A stretch of DNA of 64,000 nucleotides, taken from the IMG/VR virus record IMGVR_UViG_3300006133_000325. One strand, written 5' to 3'. This DNA comes from a virus. Taxonomy: Duplodnaviria > Caudoviricetes. Positions 48,164-58,450 of this stretch are shown here, piece by piece. Made by a program: the position numbers and the translations under genes. Within the stretch, counting starts at the first letter, position 1, and every line of letters begins with the position of its first letter. The notes below the pieces were generated by a model that saw only the letters and a program-made list of their open reading frames with translations, ran no database searches and had not been told where the DNA came from.

Positions 48164-48490
48164 TCAATCATATTCTACATTTAAACGATACGCCTGTGTA
48201 ACATCTACAACATCATCCATACTGCAGCCGCTCTTTGCCATAAAATAAATCAACTCTTCCCTAGTTGGTTCATGATCAAAAATCTCTTCCGCCACAAATT
48301 CAAGTCTATTCCCATCTCTCACACCTCGTCTCCTTAAATCCTTTTGGCATGTAGCAATCCAAATATCTTCCAGACACACTCCATCTGACATCATTGTTAC
48401 CCTATCAATGCAGGGAATATATGAATTCTCATAATCCAATTTACTATCATCCACACAAAGAGTTTCCCCTGATTTTAATATAATTTTCAT
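48164..48490 (-). CDS. Hypothetical protein
   Basis: AAGGAG RBS. Confidence 0.6.
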   Translation of the reverse strand: MKIILKSGETLCVDDSKLDYENSYIPCIDRVTMMSDGVCLEDIWIATCQKDLRRRGVRDGNRLEFVAEEIFDHEPTREELIYFMAKSGCSMDDVVDVTQAYRLNVEYD

Positions 48491-48521
48491 TATGGTAATC
48501 TCCTTTATATTTTTTCTTGAT

Positions 48522-49055
48522 TTATTTTATCAAATATCTTAAATAGTACTGGAACGTTGCCAATATAAATATCGGGCTTAATTCTTTTTGTGGCATAAAG
48601 ACCATCTCTAATCCATATTTAGCATTAAAGCTATGTAGCGATCCTAAAAAACTTTTAGAGTTATACTTTGTATTATAATTTCCCTCTATCAAGTCTTTGT
48701 AAGTAGCATTTTCTATCAAAAGATATTTTCTTTTCGCATAGCAACGGCTCCATTCATCATTAAAACGTTCTCTTGTTTGAGCAAGGCATCCTGATAGTTC
48801 TTCTAAAGAATTCTTTCTCTCTAGGATAATGTCATTATAGAAAAACTGTTTGAATGGTAAATCTAATTCTGGTATTGCTTCCAAGCAGAAGCTATAATCT
48901 CCCGCTGGAAGTCCCATTACTTCATACTGAATTTTGTGTTTATCCCAGTATTCTAGTAAATGCAAATTTGCTTTTTCGCGACTATCGACTAAGATAATCA
49001 TCTTTTTCAAAATCTTTTGAATCTCTGCGTCTGTATATTTTCTTCTATTTAACAT
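48522..49055 (-). CDS. ERCC4/XPF-like nuclease
   Basis: VDSREK, GDY, ERKNSLEEL. Confidence 0.85.
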   Translation of the reverse strand: MLNRRKYTDAEIQKILKKMIILVDSREKANLHLLEYWDKHKIQYEVMGLPAGDYSFCLEAIPELDLPFKQFFYNDIILERKNSLEELSGCLAQTRERFNDEWSRCYAKRKYLLIENATYKDLIEGNYNTKYNSKSFLGSLHSFNAKYGLEMVFMPQKELSPIFILATFQYYLRYLIK

Positions 49056-51061
49056 ATCTTATATTCACTCACCCACCACTCCTTTTCGTCCGTTTCTATA
49101 AATTTAGTTCCCACTTTCTTCATTTTCGGTTTTCTATATTGCTGCTCAACCTTAATGATATCTCCACGTTTAATAGGATTTTGTGCAAATATTTTCTTGC
49201 TTATCTTAATTGGTATCGTATTCCCATTTGCCAGAGCATATAAAGTTACACGCGGCGAATAGTCTACATTTAAATCTGTCGCCACACAATATCCAGCATA
49301 CTTCTTATCTATGATATCTATATACCCAAGTACATCCAATCTTCTTTGTACTATTTCTTTAAAAGAATCTTTTTTTGTTTCAATTTTTGAAACTATCTCT
49401 TTTAAAATAGCCTTGGAATCCATTTTCATAAACATTTTTACGGTTTCAGATTTGCAATGTTTTCTAATAATATCAAAGTCTATTTTATTTTGAAACATAG
49501 ATTCTTTCTTACACTGTTGGAGATACTTTTTATTTTTGTAAAATATCTTAAAATATTCTACGCTTTCTGTTAAAAATGACATGCTTCCAAAATCACTAAA
49601 GTAATTCATAGAAATAAGATCTCTTATTCTATTTTCTCCAATTCCATTATTTATCAGCTCTTCTAATAGTTCGATAAAATCTTCATAATGTTTTAATCCA
49701 ATCCTGTAAAGGGTGTCTGCCATATTTTGTGAAAATGACTTAATAGATGCCAAAGACGGGTTTATACATCTATGTTCCTTGTCGATTGAAAATTCTCTGT
49801 TATCTAAGCCAAATTTGTAATCTCCATTCTTTATCCCAAAAGCACGTTGCATTTCCTGTTTATAAGCAGTTACTTTATCTTTTTCCCCCTTTTCTGATAA
49901 ATGCTGCATCATTACAGCATAAAATTCATAAGGATAATTTGCTTTTAAATATGCACCATACACACTATCATAAGCATAGGAATAAGCATGAGAAGCATTA
50001 AACGCATATTTTGAAAAAGCTTCTACAATATCCCATGTTTTTTCAAATCCTTCTTCCTTCCCTGTGTGCGCTATCCATCCTGTCAACAGCTTTTCTTTAA
50101 GTTCTCTCAACTCTTTATCTTTAAATTTCTTTTTACTTATTTTTTTAATAATAGCATAGGTTTCTGTTTGCTCTATCCCAAGCCAGCCTAAATATGTCAT
50201 AACATTTTCTTGATACATAATATAATGAAAACTATCTTCTAATATATTATCCAATTCTTGGATGCCAGTAGAATATGGTTTTCGGTCTAAAAAATTCTGT
50301 AATTGTGTTTTAAATCCTGGTCTAAGAGCTGCTACCAATGCCGTCAATTCCTGCATATTTTGAGGCTTATATTTTATGCAGCATTGCCGTCCAAAATCAG
50401 ATTCACATTGATTTATTCCAAGCGTATAACCATTTTTATATACCTCCCATGTCTTATTATCTTTTTCTACTATTTTTGTTATTTGCGGAACTGTATAGGT
50501 CGAGATTCCAATACGTTCAAAGATTTTATTTATCGTAAGCCAAATATCAACTTTTAATAAATCATTTTTAACAAACTTATAGTTTTCAGCAACCATTCCG
50601 TCTATAACAGTTGTTATAACACTATTATTAACATCGCTTCCATCATCATTTCCAGACACGCAGCGAATAAGCCCTATTTCTCTTTTTATGTTTCCGCCAT
50701 AAATCAAGTAACCGCATGGTGCTTGTGATTTCGCGTTGATAATACCCTGATATTTTTTGCTTTCATCTAAATAGCCATGATACTTTTTATCAACGAAGCT
50801 ATAAATATCTATAGCTTCTTTTTCTTCTTTTGAATCTGCCTGTTTTAACGCTTTTTCATATAGGTTAATTTGAGAGGTTACTTCATTTGCAATATCAAAA
50901 TCTAGTCCTTGTGACTTTGCATATAACTTAAATGCAGATGATTTTTGCAATGGTTTATAGGAAATCATCGGATAGGCATGTCCACCATCCCCATATATCT
51001 CTGTCATTATCTCATCTTGTGCTTCTGCAAACACTTCTGGATTACCTAAGTTTAGATCCAA
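49049..51061 (-). CDS. dnaE: DNA polymerase III alpha-like (family C), exon 2
   Basis: LDLN, K.DLL, GINQCES, RPG, YQE, YAFNASHA.SY. Confidence 0.9.
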   Translation of the reverse strand: MDLNLGNPEVFAEAQDEIMTEIYGDGGHAYPMISYKPLQKSSAFKLYAKSQGLDFDIANEVTSQINLYEKALKQADSKEEKEAIDIYSFVDKKYHGYLDESKKYQGIINAKSQAPCGYLIYGGNIKREIGLIRCVSGNDDGSDVNNSVITTVIDGMVAENYKFVKNDLLKVDIWLTINKIFERIGISTYTVPQITKIVEKDNKTWEVYKNGYTLGINQCESDFGRQCCIKYKPQNMQELTALVAALRPGFKTQLQNFLDRKPYSTGIQELDNILEDSFHYIMYQENVMTYLGWLGIEQTETYAIIKKISKKKFKDKELRELKEKLLTGWIAHTGKEEGFEKTWDIVEAFSKYAFNASHAYSYAYDSVYGAYLKANYPYEFYAVMMQHLSEKGEKDKVTAYKQEMQRAFGIKNGDYKFGLDNREFSIDKEHRCINPSLASIKSFSQNMADTLYRIGLKHYEDFIELLEELINNGIGENRIRDLISMNYFSDFGSMSFLTESVEYFKIFYKNKKYLQQCKKESMFQNKIDFDIIRKHCKSETVKMFMKMDSKAILKEIVSKIETKKDSFKEIVQRRLDVLGYIDIIDKKYAGYCVATDLNVDYSPRVTLYALANGNTIPIKISKKIFAQNPIKRGDIIKVEQQYRKPKMKKVGTKFIETDEKEWWVSEYKIC

Positions 51062-52333
51062 CCTTTTGTACCGTTACTTTCGTAATACTTTAACACTTTT
51101 ATCATTTAAAAGTCGGAGTAGACTATACCATCATCGTTGATATTATCTCGGATGTCCATTGGTAGTCGTTGCGAGCTTCCCATGTCTATAAGATTTAGGG
51201 CTATCTCTCAGGATTATCCAATCCTTATTCTTGTTACCATACCATTATATTTAGTAATGCCACATTTCGATTTCTCTAATGCTTGGTAAATAAGGCTCTA
51301 AGAACTTTCCCTGATATTCTGGATTTTCTATACATATCACTATGTATAGCGACTTAAAAAATCTTTTACATACAAATATTCATTATTATCAATTACATAT
51401 TTTCCTATTTGCGAATAAATTTTTTTGAATTTTTTTATTCCAATTTCTTTTTTTGTTAAAAAATCTTTTCTATTATTAAATGTTTCTTTGGTTTGTGGAG
51501 AACAAATGGGGCATTTTTCTGACGTGTATAATGCTTTTAGTAATTCAAAAAATCGGACATCATCATCCAATAGCGATGAATCGAAATAGCGCCAATGCAT
51601 GTCTGCTGCTAATCGCTTTTTGTCTCTCAAAGCTATTGATAAACTGCTTTCGCTTTTAATTCCATATTTTATTTGCGCGTTTGAAATCATATCAAATACT
51701 TCTCCAGTCTCTAAGCATATTATAGCTGTAGCCCTTGGATTGTTTGTTCCAACAGCTAACTTGTTTGTTTTTCTCATTTGACTAAGATGAGCTTTTTGCT
51801 CCTGACTCCATTTGTGGTTGTAATTTGGATTTTTGCATCCGCTTACCAATTTGCTCATTTTATCTCTGAATTCCTTTGATTGATATACACTATCTGGAGC
51901 ATTTCTCAAATCAATCATCTTTTGTCTAAATTCATCATTCTTCCATAGCTTTTTTGAACTATTGGATATAATTTTTCTCTGAATATCATTCATTTTATAT
52001 CCTGATATTCCTTCTCCTCCATCAGTTCTATTCGTAAGCCTATAATTTGTATTGTTTCTATAATATGCAATCAATTCCTTTTCTTTATTAAAAGCTTCAC
52101 TTTCAAATAAACTATCTTCAACTATTCGGACATCACATTCATGAGTATTATACATATCCATAAAAAATTTATTTCTTTTTAATGTTTTGTACCGATTATC
52201 TTTCCCTTTCCCAACATAAAAAACTTCCCCAGTTAGTTTTATAAACCATTCGTAAACATAGTAAACATTTTCTATTTATTTAACATCCCCCTTCAATAAT
52301 ATGTTTAATATATATGTAAAGATTTTTTTGTTA
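51062..52333 (-). ncRNA. Group I self-splicing intron in dnaE
   Basis: 5' site after U (GAT|TAA); terminal G (AAGG|TTG); P AATATCAGGGAA, Q AATCCTGAG, R CAACGACTA, S ATGGTATAGTCT; splicing restores SLPD-LDLN. Confidence 0.92.
51340..52275 (-). CDS. Intron-encoded GIY-YIG-type homing endonuclease (ATA start)
   Basis: YYVYEW..GEVFYVGKG..R, E..LI, LTN.TDGGEG, NUMOD-like repeats; TAA directly precedes the ATA. Confidence 0.8.
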   Translation of the reverse strand: MENVYYVYEWFIKLTGEVFYVGKGKDNRYKTLKRNKFFMDMYNTHECDVRIVEDSLFESEAFNKEKELIAYYRNNTNYRLTNRTDGGEGISGYKMNDIQRKIISNSSKKLWKNDEFRQKMIDLRNAPDSVYQSKEFRDKMSKLVSGCKNPNYNHKWSQEQKAHLSQMRKTNKLAVGTNNPRATAIICLETGEVFDMISNAQIKYGIKSESSLSIALRDKKRLAADMHWRYFDSSLLDDDVRFFELLKALYTSEKCPICSPQTKETFNNRKDFLTKKEIGIKKFKKIYSQIGKYVIDNNEYLYVKDFLSRYT

Positions 52334-53668
52334 ATCGGGTAACGATCTTGTCTGTAAAATTCTGGTTTTTGACATAAATCTATCTGGATAAAGCTTAACA
52401 GGCGAGGCAAACCTATCTATATTGCTAAATCCCAAAAGCGAGTTGACATAATAAGAGACACCACTACCTCTACCAGTTTTTGTTACTATTCCCCCTTTCT
52501 CAATTCCTCTTTTGACTAATTTATAATCAATCAAAAAGTAATCTGCCATATGTGTTTCTATAATTGCATCTAACTCATATTTAATTCCTTCTTCGTAAAG
52601 CTTTCTTTTTTCTTCTGGAATAGTATTTTGGATATCATTCCATTTTTCATAAACCAAATTTGTCAACGCAGCATCTTTTTCAGATTGACTCATGGAAAGA
52701 TTACTGGATGGTAATTTTATTTCTTTGTCAAAAAATAATTCATCAAAAGTAAGAATGAGATCTGTATTTTTAATGCATCTATCTATTTCCCTTTCTGTAA
52801 GAACACCCTGCTTTTTTAATCGCTTCCTTACTGTTTCTTCATCAGGATAATCCATATACCATCCAGTCTCTTCATCCTCTTCTTTTGTATATCCCTTTCT
52901 TCTTGTAGAAACATAATTGTTCCGTTCTATATAATCACTTTCTAATATGAAATGGCTGTCATATCCAAAAATAATGTCGATTCCATATTTTTTACTTATA
53001 GAAATAATTCTTTTGTTTAATTTTTTTTGCTCTGGCGTATCATGATATTGTATCTCCAGAAAAAAATTCTCGCCAAAATGTTGATGTAATTTTTCGGTAA
53101 TTTCCTCAATATCATCATATTTCCAATAGGCAATGCAGGCGGTTGTCACGAATACATTTTCAGGTTTAATTCTAAGAAATAATTCTAGATCCAATCTTGG
53201 TTGACCATAATACCCATCAATATTAGCATCAGATAATGCCTCGTTGATGTCTCTTCGTCCCTCTTCATTTTTCGCAAGTAGTATAATATGACAATTGCTT
53301 CTATCTTTTTTTAAAAGAAGGTTTCCATCCTTATCTTTTTTATATTCTCCTGTTTCTTTATCTATAAATGGATATTCTTTCTTTCTATCTTTTACCCAAT
53401 ATGCCTCTGCTCCAAATACAAATTTTAAAAGTGATTTTTCATATTCTTCTTTTGTTATTTCTCCTTTTTCAAATCTTTCCTTTGCCTTATTATTATTTTC
53501 TTGTACTAATTCATATGGTTCATAATAATTCGACTGAAATCCATGCTCTACGCTTGAGATTACTTTCTGTCCTAGGTCTTTCGCCCTTTTTATGTAATCT
53601 TTATAGGAAACAGCACAGTCGGCTACTAGAACATTAGAGTACCAAGTATGCTTATGATAATTCTGGAT
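52334..53668 (-). CDS. dnaE: DNA polymerase III alpha-like, exon 1 (PHP domain; ATC start)
   Basis: Open from ATC-CAG: QNYHKHT, SVEHG, FGAEAY, HIILLAKN, LEIQYH, DSH, GRGSG. Confidence 0.88.
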
Positions 53669-53697
53669 ATCTTATCACCACCTCTCTGATTGGAATT

Positions 53698-54486
53698 TTA
53701 CGGCTTATACTCGCAAGCACAGTTTCTCATATCGCAAATATTCCAACAAAAATATTTTGAAGGATTTGGCAACCATGTTGTTTCATTTTCAATGGCTTTT
53801 ACTGTAGCTGCTGCCCATTTTTTTGCCTCTTCAAATTCATTGTCGTTAAATTCAACCGTAAGCCATTTTCCTTCCTTAAATAGATTCCATTTTAAGAATT
53901 TTGGTTTCTTTCCATATTCCTCTATCACAGCAATTGAATATAGGTAAAGCTGTCTTTTAAAAGACAAAACATGCCCTTCATCTGTTTTACTCACGTCACC
54001 ATTTTTCTTGAACTTGAGACTTGCACTTTTATGATCCAGTACAGCAATCTCACCTGTTTTCTTATCTTTTAATAATAGGTCGATATAACCAATTAGTTCG
54101 TATCCACCAATTTTAAATTTTACTTCCTTTTCTACTCCTAAAATCTCATATGTGTCCAGCGCCAAGTCAATATTGTCCAGGTACTCAAGCCCTTTCTCAT
54201 AGTAAGACTGTCTAACATCCACATATTTATTACTAGGCGCAGCACATGTTATCGCCTCGTTAAAATGTTCTTCGTAATACCCTGAAATTTCAAATAGCGA
54301 TAATTCTCCTTTTTCGTATTTTTCTAAAATACTATGTAAAAAGCTTCCATATTGTCCAAAAAAATTTGATTCACCTTCGTTACACTGAACGTATTTCAAC
54401 CAAAACCCATATGGACACTGATGGTAACTTTGCAGCCTCGAGAATGACCAAACCATAGTATCAATCACAAATCTGTCTTCGTTCAT
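53698..54486 (-). CDS. PD-(D/E)xK nuclease (RecB/Cas4-like)
   Basis: WSFSRL..CP, G..LH, GYIDLL, DHKS, QL.LY, C-terminal Cys cluster. Confidence 0.85.
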   Translation of the reverse strand: MNEDRFVIDTMVWSFSRLQSYHQCPYGFWLKYVQCNEGESNFFGQYGSFLHSILEKYEKGELSLFEISGYYEEHFNEAITCAAPSNKYVDVRQSYYEKGLEYLDNIDLALDTYEILGVEKEVKFKIGGYELIGYIDLLLKDKKTGEIAVLDHKSASLKFKKNGDVSKTDEGHVLSFKRQLYLYSIAVIEEYGKKPKFLKWNLFKEGKWLTVEFNDNEFEEAKKWAAATVKAIENETTWLPNPSKYFCWNICDMRNCACEYKP

Positions 54487-54498
54487 ATTTCACCCCCA

Positions 54499-56424
54499 TT
54501 ATTTATCTGGAAAAATATCTTCAGGACTTGGATGCAAACGATCTGTATAGGGAAGCCTATCCGCATAAACCTTCTTATCCCAGGCAAATTTCTTATCATA
54601 TTCGGCATAATCCGTATAAAATCTTCTTGATGTTATGTCATACCATAATCCTAGCTGAAAATCGGTTTTCCCTAACAATCTGTCTTTGATTACAGTTAAA
54701 ACAACATCATATTTGCCCCATTTTGCTTTTGGATCTTCCTTTTCTTTTTTGGATGTTCTACGTAAACCGATTGACCGCATAGCAAGATTGATAATATTAG
54801 ATGAACCAGAAATATCATACATTTCGATATCAGAATTAGTATCCTGTGTCTTTCTTGGATGGGCAATCAATACTACCGCAACATTAAATTTCGCTGCAAA
54901 TTTTATCAGGCGGTTAATAAAATTCGTTTGTTCTGTATTTTTATCGCTTTCCGAACAATTCAGGTCGATCATCATAAGATTATCCAAAACAATCAATTTG
55001 CACCCGAACTTCCTAACACATTCTTCCGCAGATTTCATAACAGAATCTACGTCGTTCGGCTCATCATCCCTATAAATAAACAATTTTTTATTATAGAAAT
55101 CCTGTAATATCTTTTTTGTCTTATAAGGGACTATATAATATTTCTTGCCTTCTGAAGTAGAATGTTCCTCCATATTTCTTCGCCCAGCAATGATAGTGTT
55201 AAACCAGTTGGCAGACATCCTTTCTGGCATTTCTTTTGAAAAGAGAAATACAGCACTTCCGCTATCTATGGTTTCTGCTATTGTTTGATCTATAATACTT
55301 GTCTTTCCACTTCCTGGCCTGCCAGACAATATTGTTAATGTACCATAAAATATTTTCAGTAATTCGTTATCTAAAGGCTTAATTCCTGTTTTTACCCCTT
55401 CCATTTGGGATATATCCAACTCTTCAATTTCGGAATAATCAATCACGCTTTTTACCGGAACATCTTTTGCTTCTGATATTAAGCCCATTACATAACTAGC
55501 TCCTCCAGCCTGCAAACAATCATTGATATCATTAAGCAAAAACTTCTTGCCATCCTTATCTATGTAGTGAGTAGGAGTTTCGATATATTTCGTTCGCCAT
55601 GTCCCCAGCCTATAGATACATTCTTTTCTCATCTTAATTCCGGCCTCATCATTATCAGACCAAATTATGATGGAATCAAATAAATCTAGCCAGTCCCAAT
55701 TTTCTTCAATCCAATGAAGATTCCCAGCCCCAAGAGGTACGCTAACGGTATTCAAATATCCGGCTTCAATAGCACTGGCACAGTCTGTCTCCCCCTCTGT
55801 AATAAGCAAAGGCTTTGCTGGATTTACTCTGTTCATATTAAACAATATCGAGGAAGTGTCGGAATCTTTTTGACACCATGTTTTACTTTGTCCAGAATGT
55901 TTATCAATTGTTCTTGCAGGACGATATTTTACCATTGTCAAAACATCGTTCGTATCATAAAAATTAAAAACGCCATTCCCATGTTTGTCCTCTCGTATAT
56001 CTAAGTAGTCAATCACGTTTTTTGATATGCCGCGCCTTCCCCAGTACTCAAGTACTTTCCTTCTATCATTGATAGGTTCTTCATGTGGATATCTATAGTT
56101 ATATTTTGTTTTTACATTTTTCTCTCCAAAACTGTATTCGATTCCTACTCTTTCAAATAAGTATTTTGAAGCCTCTAAAAATGTATTACCCTTTTCCATT
56201 AACACATCAATAATATCCACAGTCTTGTTACAACCAAAGCAATGCCAATTATACTTTTTCTTGTTATAAATAAAGCTTGCAGTATCTTCATCATGATAAG
56301 GACAACATGCTTTTAAATTTTTTCTATCAAAATCATCAAGCTCCAGTAATTCTGCCATAATAAATGCGTTTTCGTCGCCTAATTTCTCTTTTGCCTTTTC
56401 TATTTCATTCCTTTCAATGATCAA
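54499..56424 (-). CDS. Fused primase-helicase (zinc finger, TOPRIM, SF4 helicase)
   Basis: CPYH..CFGC, ITEGETD, DNDEAG, GRPGSGKT, VLDNL, AHPRK. Confidence 0.92.
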   Translation of the reverse strand: MIIERNEIEKAKEKLGDENAFIMAELLELDDFDRKNLKACCPYHDEDTASFIYNKKKYNWHCFGCNKTVDIIDVLMEKGNTFLEASKYLFERVGIEYSFGEKNVKTKYNYRYPHEEPINDRRKVLEYWGRRGISKNVIDYLDIREDKHGNGVFNFYDTNDVLTMVKYRPARTIDKHSGQSKTWCQKDSDTSSILFNMNRVNPAKPLLITEGETDCASAIEAGYLNTVSVPLGAGNLHWIEENWDWLDLFDSIIIWSDNDEAGIKMRKECIYRLGTWRTKYIETPTHYIDKDGKKFLLNDINDCLQAGGASYVMGLISEAKDVPVKSVIDYSEIEELDISQMEGVKTGIKPLDNELLKIFYGTLTILSGRPGSGKTSIIDQTIAETIDSGSAVFLFSKEMPERMSANWFNTIIAGRRNMEEHSTSEGKKYYIVPYKTKKILQDFYNKKLFIYRDDEPNDVDSVMKSAEECVRKFGCKLIVLDNLMMIDLNCSESDKNTEQTNFINRLIKFAAKFNVAVVLIAHPRKTQDTNSDIEMYDISGSSNIINLAMRSIGLRRTSKKEKEDPKAKWGKYDVVLTVIKDRLLGKTDFQLGLWYDITSRRFYTDYAEYDKKFAWDKKVYADRLPYTDRLHPSPEDIFPDK

Positions 56425-56780
56425 TTACGTTTCCACCCGCCTCTATTTTTCTCCCAGAAAAGTTTTCTAATGCCATATAAAATTTGCACAGGCTTATCGG
56501 AATAATATTTCTTTGATGTTTCAATATTTTTCTTAATAAATTCTAGTGGAACCTGATTTTTAAATACCAAAATATTGATAATTCGCATTGCTATTGGATA
56601 TTGTTCTTTATCTTCTATATATTCCATATACATAGCAACGCAATCCTTTATCTCCTGTTTTATTGCTGCACAATCCCAATGATAATGCTTTTTGTTCATT
56701 ACCACGGATTCAGAGGCTTTTACTCTGTTTCCGTGGTGTAAGCAGTATTTGTATGCACAGACATATTCTTTATCTGCCAT
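56421..56780 (-). CDS. Hypothetical protein (Cys/His N-terminus)
   Basis: CAYKYC..HYHWDC; overlaps the primase start. Confidence 0.6.
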   Translation of the reverse strand: MADKEYVCAYKYCLHHGNRVKASESVVMNKKHYHWDCAAIKQEIKDCVAMYMEYIEDKEQYPIAMRIINILVFKNQVPLEFIKKNIETSKKYYSDKPVQILYGIRKLFWEKNRGGWKRN

Positions 56781-56788
56781 ATTTTCTC

Positions 56789-57208
56789 CTAATTAAATGG
56801 TAATTCCTCATCAATACCATCTGGAATATTGAAAAAACCATCCGAAGGTTGAGTTGATGTATTACCTCCTGTTCCATTAGAAGCATTATTATTCTTGCTT
56901 TCAACAAACTCTGCTTCCTCTACAACAACATCTGTCGTATATACCTTGGTTCCGTCTTGCTTTGTATAATTGCCGGTTTGAATACGACCAGAAATACCTA
57001 TCATCATACCTTTTGTAAAGTATTTGTTGATAAATTCCGCAGTTTTATGAAAAGCCACACAACTAATAAAATCTGCGTCATAATTACCTTCTGAATTTTT
57101 AAAACGTCTGTTTACTGCAATGGAGAAGCGTGTTACCACGCTATCCCCTTGAGTGTTTCTGCTTTCCGGATCTCTTGTTAAACGTCCAACAATCATTACT
57201 TTATTCAT
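56789..57208 (-). CDS. ssb: Single-stranded DNA-binding protein
   Basis: MNKV..VGRLTRDPE, GRIQT, acidic tail DEELPFN. Confidence 0.97.
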   Translation of the reverse strand: MNKVMIVGRLTRDPESRNTQGDSVVTRFSIAVNRRFKNSEGNYDADFISCVAFHKTAEFINKYFTKGMMIGISGRIQTGNYTKQDGTKVYTTDVVVEEAEFVESKNNNASNGTGGNTSTQPSDGFFNIPDGIDEELPFN

Positions 57209-57227
57209 AAATTAATTCCTCCTCTAA

Positions 57228-58190
57228 TTACGCAATCGGCTTTAATGTTTTTAGTTTTTCCAAACAATCTTTTGCCTTATCAAAGTCACGAAGTGCGTTT
57301 GGATTCCCACTAGCGGTAAATTTTTTCAATTCAGCCATAAGTTCTTCGTTCTTAGTACCTCCCAAGTCAGTACATAATGCAACAATTTCTTTTTTTACAG
57401 TAGCAAGATCATCTTGATATGTAGACTGTGTGCCTCCTTCAGATTCATCCCTTCCTCTTACTGGCGGGGTATATCCTTCACCGGAATTCGCCCATTTAAT
57501 AATTCTTTCTCCATAATCTTCACTTAAAAGAGTTGCAACCTCATTCTCAAAAATATGAGTATTATCTTTTTGAGCTTCCGCCATGCTTGTTTTTTGATCG
57601 ATTAGAAATGTGCAAGTAAACTCATATTCAAATCCATCACGCTGTTTCGCACCAACTCCAAGTTTCTGCACAGATGTTTTTCCGTTGTTATCCTTTGTCA
57701 TCTCATACTGGTCTTTTCCTCGCATGGTAGCAATAATATGTAGTGGAGAATCTGCGATTGCTTCGATAAATTTATTATGACGAGGAGTAATGTTTTTCCA
57801 GTTCTGGTATTGCCCGCCAGCTTGTTGATGAAGTTCAAGACATCCGCCTCTTCCTTCCCATTCGTGTGAGGATGAATCAATAATTAAAATATCGTATCCC
57901 TTTTCTACGGCAAAATTGATAAAGTCAACATACTTCTCTGGATTATGAGGAGCTTCAATGTCTACGATATCGTATTTAAACTCATTTGCATAATAATACC
58001 CACGTTTTTGCTCCGTATTCCCTAGTAAAATTTTTGCCTTCTTTCCGGTTTCTTGTTCAATTTCACGAGCCATCCCAGTTGCAAGCCTAAGTGCTGAATA
58101 AGTCTTTCCTCCACCGCTCGGAGCCATTAACGCAATTTTACAATAGATCTTTTCTCTTTTCGCTTCCTTAATTTCAAAACTATATCCCAT
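57228..58190 (-). CDS. Sak4-like (AAA_24) recombination ATPase
   Basis: APSGGGKT, IIDSSSHEW, HIIATMR; upstream of ssb. Confidence 0.8.
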   Translation of the reverse strand: MGYSFEIKEAKREKIYCKIALMAPSGGGKTYSALRLATGMAREIEQETGKKAKILLGNTEQKRGYYYANEFKYDIVDIEAPHNPEKYVDFINFAVEKGYDILIIDSSSHEWEGRGGCLELHQQAGGQYQNWKNITPRHNKFIEAIADSPLHIIATMRGKDQYEMTKDNNGKTSVQKLGVGAKQRDGFEYEFTCTFLIDQKTSMAEAQKDNTHIFENEVATLLSEDYGERIIKWANSGEGYTPPVRGRDESEGGTQSTYQDDLATVKKEIVALCTDLGGTKNEELMAELKKFTASGNPNALRDFDKAKDCLEKLKTLKPIA

Positions 58191-58450
58191 TCCATTTCCT
58201 CCTATAAAATAATTGTTTGCCTATTTTTTATATGAACAGCCTTTTAAGCTGGAACATAAAGTAACTCTATATAAAAATCTATCTAAACAGTGATTTTTGG
58301 CATAACTTAACCAAGGGTATGCTGTTTTACCACCCAACGAATACAGCGATTCAGTTGTCACAATAGAGAGTTTTACGATATTAGATAGAAATTATGTTTT
58401 CCTTATCCGCTTTGTAGCTATAAAAATCTACAAAGCGGTTTTGATAAGAT

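Noticed and set aside
53698-54486. Cas4 as evidence of a CRISPR system
   Set aside because: Solo PD-(D/E)xK nuclease in the replication operon; no array or cas1
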